From: a virus | Direction: 5' to 3' (one strand) | Length of the DNA: 64,000 nucleotides | Virus record (IMG/VR): IMGVR_UViG_3300007538_000020 | Location: 1-64,000 of that record | Shown here: positions 1-8,036 of the stretch, piece by piece | Layout of the letters: the number at the start of each line of letters is the position of its first letter | Numbering within the stretch: the stretch's first letter is position 1 | Notes under the pieces: model-generated | Told to the model about the DNA's origin: nothing | Databases searched by the model: none | Seen by the model: the letters and a program-made list of their open reading frames with translations, nothing else | Position numbers and translations under genes: made by a program

Positions 1-335
1 CATACTATACCCCTAAGAAAATGTGATTTTCTTTAAAACATGTAATTACTTACTGTCCATTTTAACCTCAAACTTCAGTCGTACCGTACGTATCTAAGAT
101 TAAATAATCATCTTAGTTCACCTTCGAGGGGCCATCTCTATCAACCCTATAGGCTTATTCCCTCCTACAACCTTATATTAAGGCAATTTTTAGATCTATC
201 GGGGACAACTTCAGACTATGTATATTACTTTGAGGATATAATGTAAAACCTTGTCCTATCAACCCAACTTCTGTTCCTCTTTCTGTACTTTAGTAAAGTA
301 TGACGCTATGGTATTTAAGCTAAAGGAAGTAATTG
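1..335 (-). ncRNA. Putative structured ncRNA or long 5' leader transcribed leftward
   Basis: No long ORF; higher GC than flanks; lies downstream of the promoter at 344-375; internal repeats CTATCAACCC (138-147, 256-265) and AACTTCWG (71, 207, 266); stem GGACAA/TTGTCC. Confidence 0.4.
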
Positions 336-343
336 ATCTACTG

Positions 344-375
344 CAAAGATAAGAAAAAAAAATTAAACTACCAAA
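344..375 (-). promoter_or_regulatory. Bacteroidota sigma70-type promoter pointing left
   Basis: Minus strand reads TTTG (375-372), 20-nt spacer, TATCTTTG (351-344), matching the -33 TTTG / -7 TAnnTTTG consensus. Confidence 0.75.
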
Positions 376-574
376 TTTTTAGTCACTTTTTTTTAATATT
401 TTTTAAAATTTTTTTGAAACCCTCTGATATCAATAGTTCTATAAAAATTTTTTTTATATTTTTTTAGATTTGTGAGAGAATAAACGGGTGTACCACCTTA
501 TATTCAACCCGCACTCGGTCGGGGCAGAGGGGGAATACCCCCTCAACATTATTCATTAAACAAACTTTAGAGCT

Positions 575-859
575 ATGAGCACATTCAAATTAGTACGCAA
601 AAGTGCTACCTCAAACGGTAGGTTTTGCTTGAAATTCGTCGGTACAGTTAACCGTGGTTTCGGCCACGATACCACTACGCTTTATGCGTACGTATCAGAG
701 ACCGAAATGGAGGTCGACGACGAGATTGACATTCAGGTAAACGGCAACGAGGCAGTGGTTGCAGGAGAGTTTACCATGAGCATTGAGAAGAGAGAGTGGG
801 AGACAGAGGACGAAGAGACTGGAGAAGTAAAAGTAATAACCACTAAGTGGTTGCGATAG
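575..859 (+). CDS. Hypothetical early protein (GC-richer than genome, acidic C-terminus)
   Basis: 94-aa ORF; A-rich upstream region; GAAA-tetraloop hairpin over the stop (854-871). Confidence 0.75.
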   Translation: MSTFKLVRKSATSNGRFCLKFVGTVNRGFGHDTTTLYAYVSETEMEVDDEIDIQVNGNEAVVAGEFTMSIEKREWETEDEETGEVKVITTKWLR

Positions 860-873
860 AGAAATCTATCGTA

Positions 874-928
874 ATGTCTAAATGTATCAGTACTCAGCGT
901 TTTGTTGAGTATTGATATGTCTAGATGT
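874..928 (+). other. Long intergenic RNA hairpin (~26 bp, G-U rich)
   Basis: ATGTCTAAATGTATCAGTACTCAGC pairs with GTTGAGTATTGATATGTCTAGATGT; most deviations are G-U wobbles on the + strand. Confidence 0.7.
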
Positions 929-978
929 ATCAATATTTGTTCATAATAATCTTCATTCATATTTAATTTTGGTTAATT

Positions 979-1082
979 AAATCGTATAATAGAGTATTAT
1001 ACTTTACTATCTACCTGCGTTTATTGTTGAATCATGTAATGCACTGTAGATTAGTAGAGTATAGTATTCTATTGTATGATTT
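979..1082 (+). other. Long intergenic RNA hairpin (~36 bp, G-U rich)
   Basis: 979-1014 pairs with 1046-1082; substitutions are G-U-compatible, plus one bulge. Confidence 0.75.
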
Positions 1083-1110
1083 ATTGATTAATTAATTAAA
1101 CTTTACTACT

Positions 1111-1278
1111 TTGAAAGAAACAAACAATACATTTATGCATGCTGACTATGTTAAGATGCGTATTAAGGAAGCTAAGAAAGCTCCTAAGATGAACAATCTT
1201 CGTAAGGAAATTGCGTTGAAACTAACTCAAGGATACAATAAGAGTCCTTTAGAGTATAAATTAAGGTTATTTAAATAA
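1111..1278 (+). CDS. Small basic hypothetical protein (55 aa, TTG start; below ORF-track cutoff)
   Basis: Open frame MKETNNTFMHADYVKMRIKEAKK...; preceded by the ACTAC start motif. Confidence 0.5.
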   Translation: MKETNNTFMHADYVKMRIKEAKKAPKMNNLRKEIALKLTQGYNKSPLEYKLRLFK

Positions 1279-1523
1279 AATAGTTGAGTAATTTGTTGAT
1301 TATGAGTGAATTTGTTGATGCCTGGACCAAAGTCCACATATCTCATCATTCTAAATTAACATAATATTCCTCTAATCTTATTATATAGCCAAACTTACAC
1401 TTGCCAATGGTGTTAATCTAGTAAGAAAAATAAGGAGAAGTCCTTGTTGCGTTTTCTTTGGCTTTATAAAAAGCAGGTCTTTACGCAACGAAAACTAATT
1501 TTTCAAACAATAAAACAACTACC

Positions 1524-1739
1524 ATGAAAACTTTTGTTATTTGTACAAGAAGTTCAACATTTGCATCACTAATATCAGTAGATGATTGTGGTTTTGTAGT
1601 TAATGGTTTAGATAATAATAAGTTTAAAGATGGTTATTATTATCTTATTCATGTTGACAATACAAATCCAAATATTCCTATTATTAGTAGAATATTTGAA
1701 TTTAAAAAAACTCAAAAATGTAATCTTTTCAACTTTTAA
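1524..1739 (+). CDS. Hypothetical protein
   Basis: ORF track; AACTACCATG start context. Confidence 0.65.
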   Translation: MKTFVICTRSSTFASLISVDDCGFVVNGLDNNKFKDGYYYLIHVDNTNPNIPIISRIFEFKKTQKCNLFNF

Positions 1740-1758
1740 ACATTAAACTTAACTACCA

Positions 1759-2085
1759 ATGAAAGAACAAATAGAATACTTAATAAAAAAATATACCAAA
1801 AGATTAGAGATATATACTTTGGATAAAAATGCAAATTTTTTTCATCAGACTATTGATAAATATACTGAGTTTCTTAAAGATTTAGATGAACTCAAGGATA
1901 TAGCTGAAAAACAAGCATTTGAACATGAATTAGCAACAAAACCTATTTATACTGGTGATGCTGATTTAGATGGATTAGAAGATGATGAAGTTATACGTAA
2001 TATATCTAATATTGAACGTACTCATCAAGCTTTTAAAGATAATAATGCCGATATTGATGAGGATAACATTCCTTATATATATTAA
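1759..2085 (+). CDS. Hypothetical protein
   Basis: ORF track; TAACTACCAATG start context. Confidence 0.7.
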   Translation: MKEQIEYLIKKYTKRLEIYTLDKNANFFHQTIDKYTEFLKDLDELKDIAEKQAFEHELATKPIYTGDADLDGLEDDEVIRNISNIERTHQAFKDNNADIDEDNIPYIY

Positions 2086-2090
2086 AATCT

Positions 2091-2167
2091 AATTGGTAGT
2101 TAGTTTTGAATGAGAATGTCTATGTAATATTATTATGTAGATGTTCTCATTCTTTAACTACCAAATT
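2091..2167 (+). other. Long intergenic RNA hairpin
   Basis: TTGGTAGTTA/TAACTACCAA outer stem plus GAATGAGAATGTCTATGTAAT/ATTATGTAGATGTTCTCATTC inner stem with G-U pairs. Confidence 0.7.
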
Positions 2168-2300
2168 ATTAACTGATTATAAAACATAACTCATGAAAAC
2201 TAATCAAATAGAAGAATATGGCTTAACTATATCAGAAAAAACTGGATGCCTAATTAATAGAGCTGTTATTCATTATTTTTTTTAATTTAACCTAACTATC

Positions 2301-2537
2301 ATGAAAATATTATTACTTGGATTTGATGATAATGGGGCATCTACATTATGTAAAGCTTTATCATCCAAAATACCAGATTCAGTTGAAGTAAACATTGTTG
2401 AAGTAGAACCAAAAACATTAATGGTTCCAATTAAAGCTCCTGATTTAATGGATGTAGATACTTATGTTTTACCTAATTATGTAAAACCTGGTAAATACAG
2501 TAAAAGAGCTTATAGGAAATCTAATAAAGTTATTTAA
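2301..2537 (+). CDS. Hypothetical protein
   Basis: ORF track; TAACTATCATG start context. Confidence 0.65.
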   Translation: MKILLLGFDDNGASTLCKALSSKIPDSVEVNIVEVEPKTLMVPIKAPDLMDVDTYVLPNYVKPGKYSKRAYRKSNKVI

Positions 2538-2635
2538 AATATAGAATTAAATTCGTATCTTTAACTAGATATAGAATAGAGTAATTGTTTTTTGTAAGTT
2601 TTTTCAAAACCTCAATAAAATATAATAAAAACTTA

Positions 2636-2700
2636 CACGCTAATGCAGCTAAAGATATTATCTTTAAGAGTCCAAAACCTCTATAAATGCAGATGGGTGA
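2636..2700 (+). ncRNA. Twister self-cleaving ribozyme (type P1)
   Basis: CGC-UAA-UGCA-GC-[P3 UAAAGAU/AUCUUUA]-AGAG-UCCAAAAC-CUCU-AUAAA-UGCA-GAUGG-GUG aligns element by element with the twister consensus; T1 pair CA/UG; predicted cut U2641^A2642. Confidence 0.8.
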
Positions 2701-2979
2701 TTTTGAATAATAAATAAAAAGATTATGAAATCATTTTTTAAATCAATACTTATAGGAATAGTAACAGGAACATTGTTCTTTGTTATATTTACATTTTGTT
2801 TTTTAATCATATTCATTATATAAACCTTAATAAATGAAAAGAAAAAACTTTAACAGAAACGTTGTAGCTCGTAGAAAGGTTGCTATGAATAATTTGTTTA
2901 AAAAATTAGATAATCCTGATTTATCAGAATCTGATATTTTAAGAATCAATAATGAAATATCAATTTTAAAAAAGAGATT

Positions 2980-3312
2980 ATGATAGTATTATTATTAACT
3001 ATATTTTTTATTTGGTTTACAACTTCTATTATTTGTACATTACTAATTCGTATAAAAGATTATTCAGAAATGAGTAAAATATATAAGAATTTGAAAATTG
3101 AAGATTTTCAAGCAAGAGTTCTTTTAGTAAGAAATAAAGACTGTTCAATTGTTTGGTATCTTGAAAATAATAGTTTTTGTATAAATGATAAAAAAAGAAT
3201 ATACATTCATAACGATAAGTTTTTATTTCTATTTTTACCATTAGATTATTACTGGTGGTTGAAATATAAAAATTGGTTTCAAACAAATTGTTCTGAACTA
3301 ATAAAAGAATAA
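2980..3312 (+). CDS. Hypothetical membrane protein
   Basis: N-terminal hydrophobic segment. Confidence 0.65.
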   Translation: MIVLLLTIFFIWFTTSIICTLLIRIKDYSEMSKIYKNLKIEDFQARVLLVRNKDCSIVWYLENNSFCINDKKRIYIHNDKFLFLFLPLDYYWWLKYKNWFQTNCSELIKE

Positions 3313-3316
3313 ATTG

Positions 3317-3419
3317 ATTTGATTACATTAGTAAACCAATATAAGAAGCAAAATAAAGATAAGTAATATTATCACAGTAGTTTTTTAGTATTATATTGCT
3401 ATTATTAATGTAATCAAAT
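3317..3419 (+). other. Long intergenic stem-loop
   Basis: ATTTGATTACATTAGTAA pairs with TTATTAATGTAATCAAAT. Confidence 0.55.
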
Positions 3420-3950
3420 TTTATTAATTATGAAAAATAAAAATACAATTGTTAATGTAATATTTTTTATAGTATCTTTAACAATTTTAGCAATTATTGT
3501 TTTTACGTAAAATATTCAACTAATGCGTTATTTAAAATTTATACTTTTTATATTAAGTGTGTTTTTATTCTCATATTTAATACTTGTTTTTGTTTATTTT
3601 GATTTTAATGTACTTTCACAAATAGAAAACAGATTAAGTTTTTTAGTTATTTCTGCTTGTATATTATTATATTCATTAATTACTATGGCATTAAATAAAT
3701 AAACCTAACAAAAGAGTTTGTTAGAGCAAAATATAATAAATATTGCCCTAAAATAGAGTGGGTGGATTAAAATAACTCTATTTGAGAATGGACGTTTAGA
3801 TGTAGTATAACGTATATAATTCTGTTCAATAGTTCTTTTTTATATACTTTATTTAATTAATTTTTATTTTGGTTAATTGAACAACGATAATTTTATTTTA
3901 TTTACTAGTTAAAGGTTACTACATACCTTTAATTTTTTAAACTAACTACT

Positions 3951-4133
3951 ATGAAAGAATTAATAGAATTACAAATCTTAATATTAAATAATAAGATTAA
4001 AGCTAATACTGAAGAAATCATTAGCAAAAAACTAACTGATCATCCTTCAAATATTGTTCGATTAAAAGCTAAGAATGATGCTTATAATGAATCTATTTTG
4101 ATGTTTAACCAATTATTGTTAAATCTAAAATAA
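3951..4133 (+). CDS. Hypothetical protein
   Basis: ORF track; TAACTACTATG start context. Confidence 0.6.
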   Translation: MKELIELQILILNNKIKANTEEIISKKLTDHPSNIVRLKAKNDAYNESILMFNQLLLNLK

Positions 4134-4142
4134 TTTGATATT

Positions 4143-4478
4143 ATGAAGTCGAATAAATTAGTAATGGTAACTAATATAATTCTTATTGTATTAATTACTT
4201 TATTTTTAAGTTATTGCACTGAAAATAATCACGAAAAGAAAACGATATTAATAACTCCTAATGATACAGAATTATTTATTCTTGATTTAGATAATGATTT
4301 TTTTCTGTTGTTAGAAGATGATTCTATTATATATACTGGTTACGATACCAATATAGTTTTAAATACTATATTAAAAAACAGTGATGATTTTATATTTATT
4401 TCTAATAATTATAAATATTATTATAATTTAAATAAAGATTCAGCTAGAACTGTATTATATAATATCATTAAAAATTAA
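4143..4478 (+). CDS. Hypothetical membrane/lipoprotein
   Basis: Signal-peptide-like N-terminus followed by Cys (LSYC). Confidence 0.6.
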   Translation: MKSNKLVMVTNIILIVLITLFLSYCTENNHEKKTILITPNDTELFILDLDNDFFLLLEDDSIIYTGYDTNIVLNTILKNSDDFIFISNNYKYYYNLNKDSARTVLYNIIKN

Positions 4479-4509
4479 TAAATTTGTTTTAAACAAAAAA
4501 TCAAAAGCT

Positions 4510-4809
4510 ATGTTTTACGTAGGACAGAGAGTTGTTTGTATCAAAGACCATTCGCTTCGATTTATTAAGAAAGGCGATACCTTTACGGTTTTAGATATAA
4601 ATTCATGTAGTTGTGGAGATATTCATTTATTAGTATTAACCACAAATCACCCTGCTTATCGTTGTGGTATTTGCAATATAATTCATGAAAAGGGGGATTG
4701 GTATGCATCCTCACAACTATTCGCCCCACTAGACGAACAACCCGAACTATCTGAAACCACATCTGAAAACTGGATTGAACGGCTACTACCCGAACCTGAA
4801 TTAGTTTAA
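4510..4809 (+). CDS. Hypothetical SH3-like/Zn-binding protein
   Basis: FYVGQRVVCI start; CSC and CGIC motifs; GC-richer codons. Confidence 0.65.
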   Translation: MFYVGQRVVCIKDHSLRFIKKGDTFTVLDINSCSCGDIHLLVLTTNHPAYRCGICNIIHEKGDWYASSQLFAPLDEQPELSETTSENWIERLLPEPELV

Positions 4810-4832
4810 ACATTAATTAAATATTAAAATAT

Positions 4833-5207
4833 GGGGGATATATTAGCATATCGATTGCAATATTGAAGTTTTACAAACAGCCTGTGGATTAACCTATTTT
4901 ACACAGTAAAAATTGATAGGAACTCTTTTTAAATGGCAACTCTAACGTTGTAATTTCTGAGAATAGCGACATTGACGCTATTCTTAATGGGTTTACTGCA
5001 GACCTGGAAACAGAAGCAGTAGAAGCTGAAGAGCTGGCTCTGGTAGCCTAAACTAACTTTTCTTAGTTTAGTAAAACTAAGTGGTGGATGCTTGTCTTCG
5101 GACAGCCCTTTTAGTTTTGGAATTAGACTTTAACTAATTATCCTAAGCTGTAAGTATTTTGTAAAATGAAAGATTGTAAGACAGGGGTTGGAATCCCCTA
5201 TCCTCCA
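4833..5207 (+). ncRNA. ssrA: tmRNA (transfer-messenger RNA)
   Basis: Acceptor stem GGGGGAT/ATCCTCC with G3-U70 Ala determinant and discriminator A; T-arm AGGGG-TTGGAAT-CCCCT; internal tag frame 4935-5051 GNSNVVISENSDIDAILNGFTADLETEAVEAEELALVA* ending in a hydrophobic ALVA degron-like end; CCA not encoded. Confidence 0.9.
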
Positions 5208-5211
5208 CAGC

Positions 5212-5354
5212 GTTACTTGATCTAGCTCTAGGAAAGTAACTACTATTGGTAGAAGTTAGCTACACGAATAGTCCTGATGGCTGCTTTATAAGCATAAAAA
5301 GTACTCCATCCACGCAGAGTAGGTGTGCAGATCGATATGAGATCTAAGCTCTGT
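5212..5354 (+). ncRNA. Unassigned multi-hairpin RNA between tmRNA and tRNA-CAT
   Basis: Stems GTTACTT/AAGTAAC, ACTATT/AATAGT, GATGG/CCATC, GCAGAGT/GCTCTGT enclosing AGATC/GATCT; GC-rich; no ORF. Confidence 0.45.
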
Positions 5355-5500
5355 ATTTTTTTAGCGGGAATGAAGGCTGGTGGTGATGCCTCAGTAGTCT
5401 CATAAGCTACTAACTTAATTGTGTGTGGGTTCGATTCCCACTCCCGCTTCTATTTATAATTAAACTAAACTAACTATGAAATACAAGCTCTGTATTTTTT
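5346..5500. repeat. 16-bp direct repeat AAGCTCTGTATTTTTT flanking tRNA-CAT
   Basis: Exact copies at 5346-5361 and 5485-5500. Confidence 0.8.
5363..5449 (+). tRNA. tRNA with CAT anticodon (Met-like), atypical long D-arm and variable region
   Basis: AGCGGGA/TCCCGCT acceptor; GTAGT-CTCATAA-GCTAC anticodon arm; GTGGG-TTCGATT-CCCAC T-arm. Confidence 0.8.
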
Positions 5501-5701
5501 ATTTAATTATTTAAACATAACAATCAATAAAAACTTATTAATTATAAGCATTATTTTCCTAGCTTCATGTGGAAATCCTATCGTTTTTGAAAAAGCAATA
5601 GAAATAATAACAGATTATATGAGAAAACACTCAAAATTAGGTTAAGAAGATATGCATAATATCACTATTCAATATCATATAATGCATTAACAAATATTAT
5701 T

Positions 5702-5881
5702 ATGAGTAGAACAATAGATTACTGGTTAGAATCTAATGATAGAATAAAATTAGATGAAAAAATAAAAAGATATTTTGATAGATTTCCTAGCAATGCTTAT
5801 GGTACTTATATACTATCAGAAGAAGTAACAGAAAGTGGATATATAAAAGTTACAATAAGAAGAGATAGGAGTTGTGATTAA
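5702..5881 (+). CDS. Small hypothetical protein (59 aa)
   Basis: Open frame MSRTIDYWLES...RRDRSCD*. Confidence 0.5.
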   Translation: MSRTIDYWLESNDRIKLDEKIKRYFDRFPSNAYGTYILSEEVTESGYIKVTIRRDRSCD

Positions 5882-6368
5882 TTTAAATTTAAAATTTATG
5901 AGTAAAAATATATGCTTTGCTTATTATGGTGATAATACATTCTTAGGTTGGTATTCTGATACGTTTGGAACTTTAGATAAAAATGTACCTAAAATATATT
6001 CAAATTCTGAAAAACAAATAAGTATTATCAGAAGTAATTTTAATTACAAAATGGATATACTTAAAGGTAAAATAGAAGAACACTTATTTAAAAATTTAAT
6101 TAAATCTAGTAATCATATATTATCTAAATACGATAATATAGAATTACGTATTGTAAAATGTCCTATTTACGATGGCCCTAATCCTAATTTTAATAAAGAA
6201 GATTATATAAAATGGTTAGATACAAAAAAAGAAGGAGAAAAATATAATATACCTACTTGGATTTATGCTAATATAGAAGAAGTAAAAGAATGGGCTAAAA
6301 ATGAACCTACTAGATTTATTGATGTTATAAAATATAATTACAATGAGTTTGTTCAAAAAGAAAATTAA
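5874..6368 (+). CDS. Hypothetical protein (likely start at internal Met, MSKNICFAYYG)
   Basis: ORF track. Confidence 0.65.
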   Translation: MINLNLKFMSKNICFAYYGDNTFLGWYSDTFGTLDKNVPKIYSNSEKQISIIRSNFNYKMDILKGKIEEHLFKNLIKSSNHILSKYDNIELRIVKCPIYDGPNPNFNKEDYIKWLDTKKEGEKYNIPTWIYANIEEVKEWAKNEPTRFIDVIKYNYNEFVQKEN

Positions 6369-6641
6369 ACCTGAAGTAATTCACAAAGAAGTTATTGATG
6401 CTAGCAATAATCAAATCACTAATTTAATAAAATATTAAGTGAGCTAAATAGAACAAATCTTATTATTAACAAACTTTAAACAATTAAAAACGGTATCTTT
6501 ATGAATCAATTTGTAGAACTAAATGCTTCTCAAGATAATAAAGCAATAAAAGAAAATAAAGTAAAAAACTTGTATAAAAAAGCATTGCTTTATGCTGATG
6601 AACAAGTATTGAAAACAGAAAAAGCTATAAAAATTTAAAAT

Positions 6642-6860
6642 ATGGAATCACCTATTAAAGGATTGAATTTAAATCCAGCAAGAGAATATAATGAGTCTTA
6701 TGCTGAATATAAAGAGAGAAGATTGAAAAATAAACAGGTGTTATACGGATTTACAGAAAATGTAGTTAATCCTCAAACAGGATTATTTGAAAAAATAAGA
6801 ATTCCTGGTTATTTAAATGTAGGCCCAATATTATTTAAAAAGATATTTGGGGATATGTAA
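6642..6860 (+). CDS. Hypothetical protein
   Basis: ORF track. Confidence 0.65.
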   Translation: MESPIKGLNLNPAREYNESYAEYKERRLKNKQVLYGFTENVVNPQTGLFEKIRIPGYLNVGPILFKKIFGDM

Positions 6861-6891
6861 TTTTTAATAATTTTTAAACACTAAATTTTTT

Positions 6892-7150
6892 ATGAAAATA
6901 TTAATGTTAATTTTGTTTGCAATGAGTTTATCTCTTATCTCTTGTACTGATGCTGAAATTGCTAAAATAGGAGGGTATGGAGGATGAATTTAAAATTGAA
7001 ATGGTAAACTGTGATGGTAGTATTTCTCATACTTGGATAAGTTTAGGTAAAGTATTGAGTGAAGCCAATAGTGATGGTTACTATTTCTACGATAAAGGTA
7101 CTGGTAAACTTATTGAAGTAACTGGTCGCCTTATTATTACAAAATTATAA
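6892..7150 (+). pseudogene. Frameshifted small lipoprotein gene (or sequencing error)
   Basis: MKILMLILFAMSLSLISC lipobox frame stops after ...GGYGG; removing one G near 6982 joins DEFKIEMVNCDG...GKVLSEANSDGYYFYD...ITKL*. Confidence 0.65.
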
Positions 7151-7167
7151 CAAATAATTAAAAATAT

Positions 7168-7274
7168 GTTATTACAATAGATACAATGAAAAATACGGGT
7201 TCAAAGCCTGGGTGGTGCGTAGTAAACTACGCATTACCTGAAGCCAAGTTGCGATGGCTATTTATTGTAATAAC
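7168..7274 (+). ncRNA. Unassigned structured RNA directly upstream of tRNA-Leu
   Basis: 16-bp closing stem GTTATTACAATAGATA/TATTTATTGTAATAAC enclosing three hairpins, including GGTGGTGCGTAG-TAAA-CTACGCATTACC. Confidence 0.6.
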
Positions 7275-7316
7275 TTTTTATGCCAGAGTGGTGGAACTGG
7301 TAGACACGCAGGACTT

Positions 7317-8036
7317 TGACTAAAATTGAATAAAATAATTTAAAGTAAATATATGTTTTATAAAAATCATAAACTATATGGCCCTTATAAATCCAAAATA
7401 GATGGAAGAGAAAGAGTTATATTAATATTTGATGATAAAACTAAAAAAACAATTTCTTATCCCAAATATATAGTAGAATGTGAAATAGGTAAAATTTTAG
7501 ATAAAAATGAAACTATTGATCATATAGATGGTAATTTTCTTAATAATAATTTAAATAATCTTAGAATAGTAAATAGAAATGAACATATAAAACAAGATGT
7601 AATTAGAAATAAAGACATTATTGTAAATTGTGTTTATTGTAATAAAGAATTTACTATAAAAGGTTCTAGTATACGTCAGGTAAATAGACGTAATTCAGGA
7701 ACATTTTGTTCTAAATCTTGTTCTGGAAAATACGGATCAGATATACGAAATAATAAGATTAATGAGTTATATATTAATAAAATAGAAATTGATACTTTTA
7801 AGTTAAAAGATTCAATAAAAATTGAGCCTAATATAGGAAACTATATTAGTGGACAACAGAATATCGGTGAAGGCTTAACAGATAATGCTGATGTTAATAC
7901 CGAGGCATAGGGGATAATGCTCCAGCCGTAGAGACTAGATGCTGTTGCACCTAAGTATAATTTATTATATAAGGTGAAGATATAGTCCAGACTACAAACA
8001 AATTACTAATTTGGTAGTGAAAACTATAGTAGTAAG
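7317..8036 (+). mobile_element. Group I intron (trnL-UAA/IC3-like) with HNH endonuclease in the P1 loop
   Basis: Exon ends in U, intron ends in G; ATTGAGCC IGS (7821-7828); P2 CTAATATAG-GAAA-CTATATTAG; P3 CAACAG/CTGTTG; R GTAGAGACTAGATG; S AAGATATAGTCC. Confidence 0.9.
7353..7910 (+). CDS. Intron-encoded HNH homing endonuclease with C-terminal Zn finger
   Basis: IDHIDGNFLNNNLNNLRIV HNH motif; CVYC...FCSKSC. Confidence 0.85.
   Translation: MFYKNHKLYGPYKSKIDGRERVILIFDDKTKKTISYPKYIVECEIGKILDKNETIDHIDGNFLNNNLNNLRIVNRNEHIKQDVIRNKDIIVNCVYCNKEFTIKGSSIRQVNRRNSGTFCSKSCSGKYGSDIRNNKINELYINKIEIDTFKLKDSIKIEPNIGNYISGQQNIGEGLTDNADVNTEA

Noticed and set aside
733-960. Minus-strand 75-aa ORF
   Set aside because: Antisense to ORF 575-859 and runs through an RNA hairpin; it has a plausible A-rich start context, so it is not excluded, but it is unsupported
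5228-5285. Hammerhead ribozyme (GAAA ... CTGATG)
   Set aside because: Core reads CUGAUGG rather than CUGANGA, and stems I-III cannot be formed
5208-5354. Theta/HDV-like ribozyme after tmRNA
   Set aside because: CTAA plus a P2-like pairing are present, but the P1-P3-L3 order does not fit; kept as an unassigned RNA
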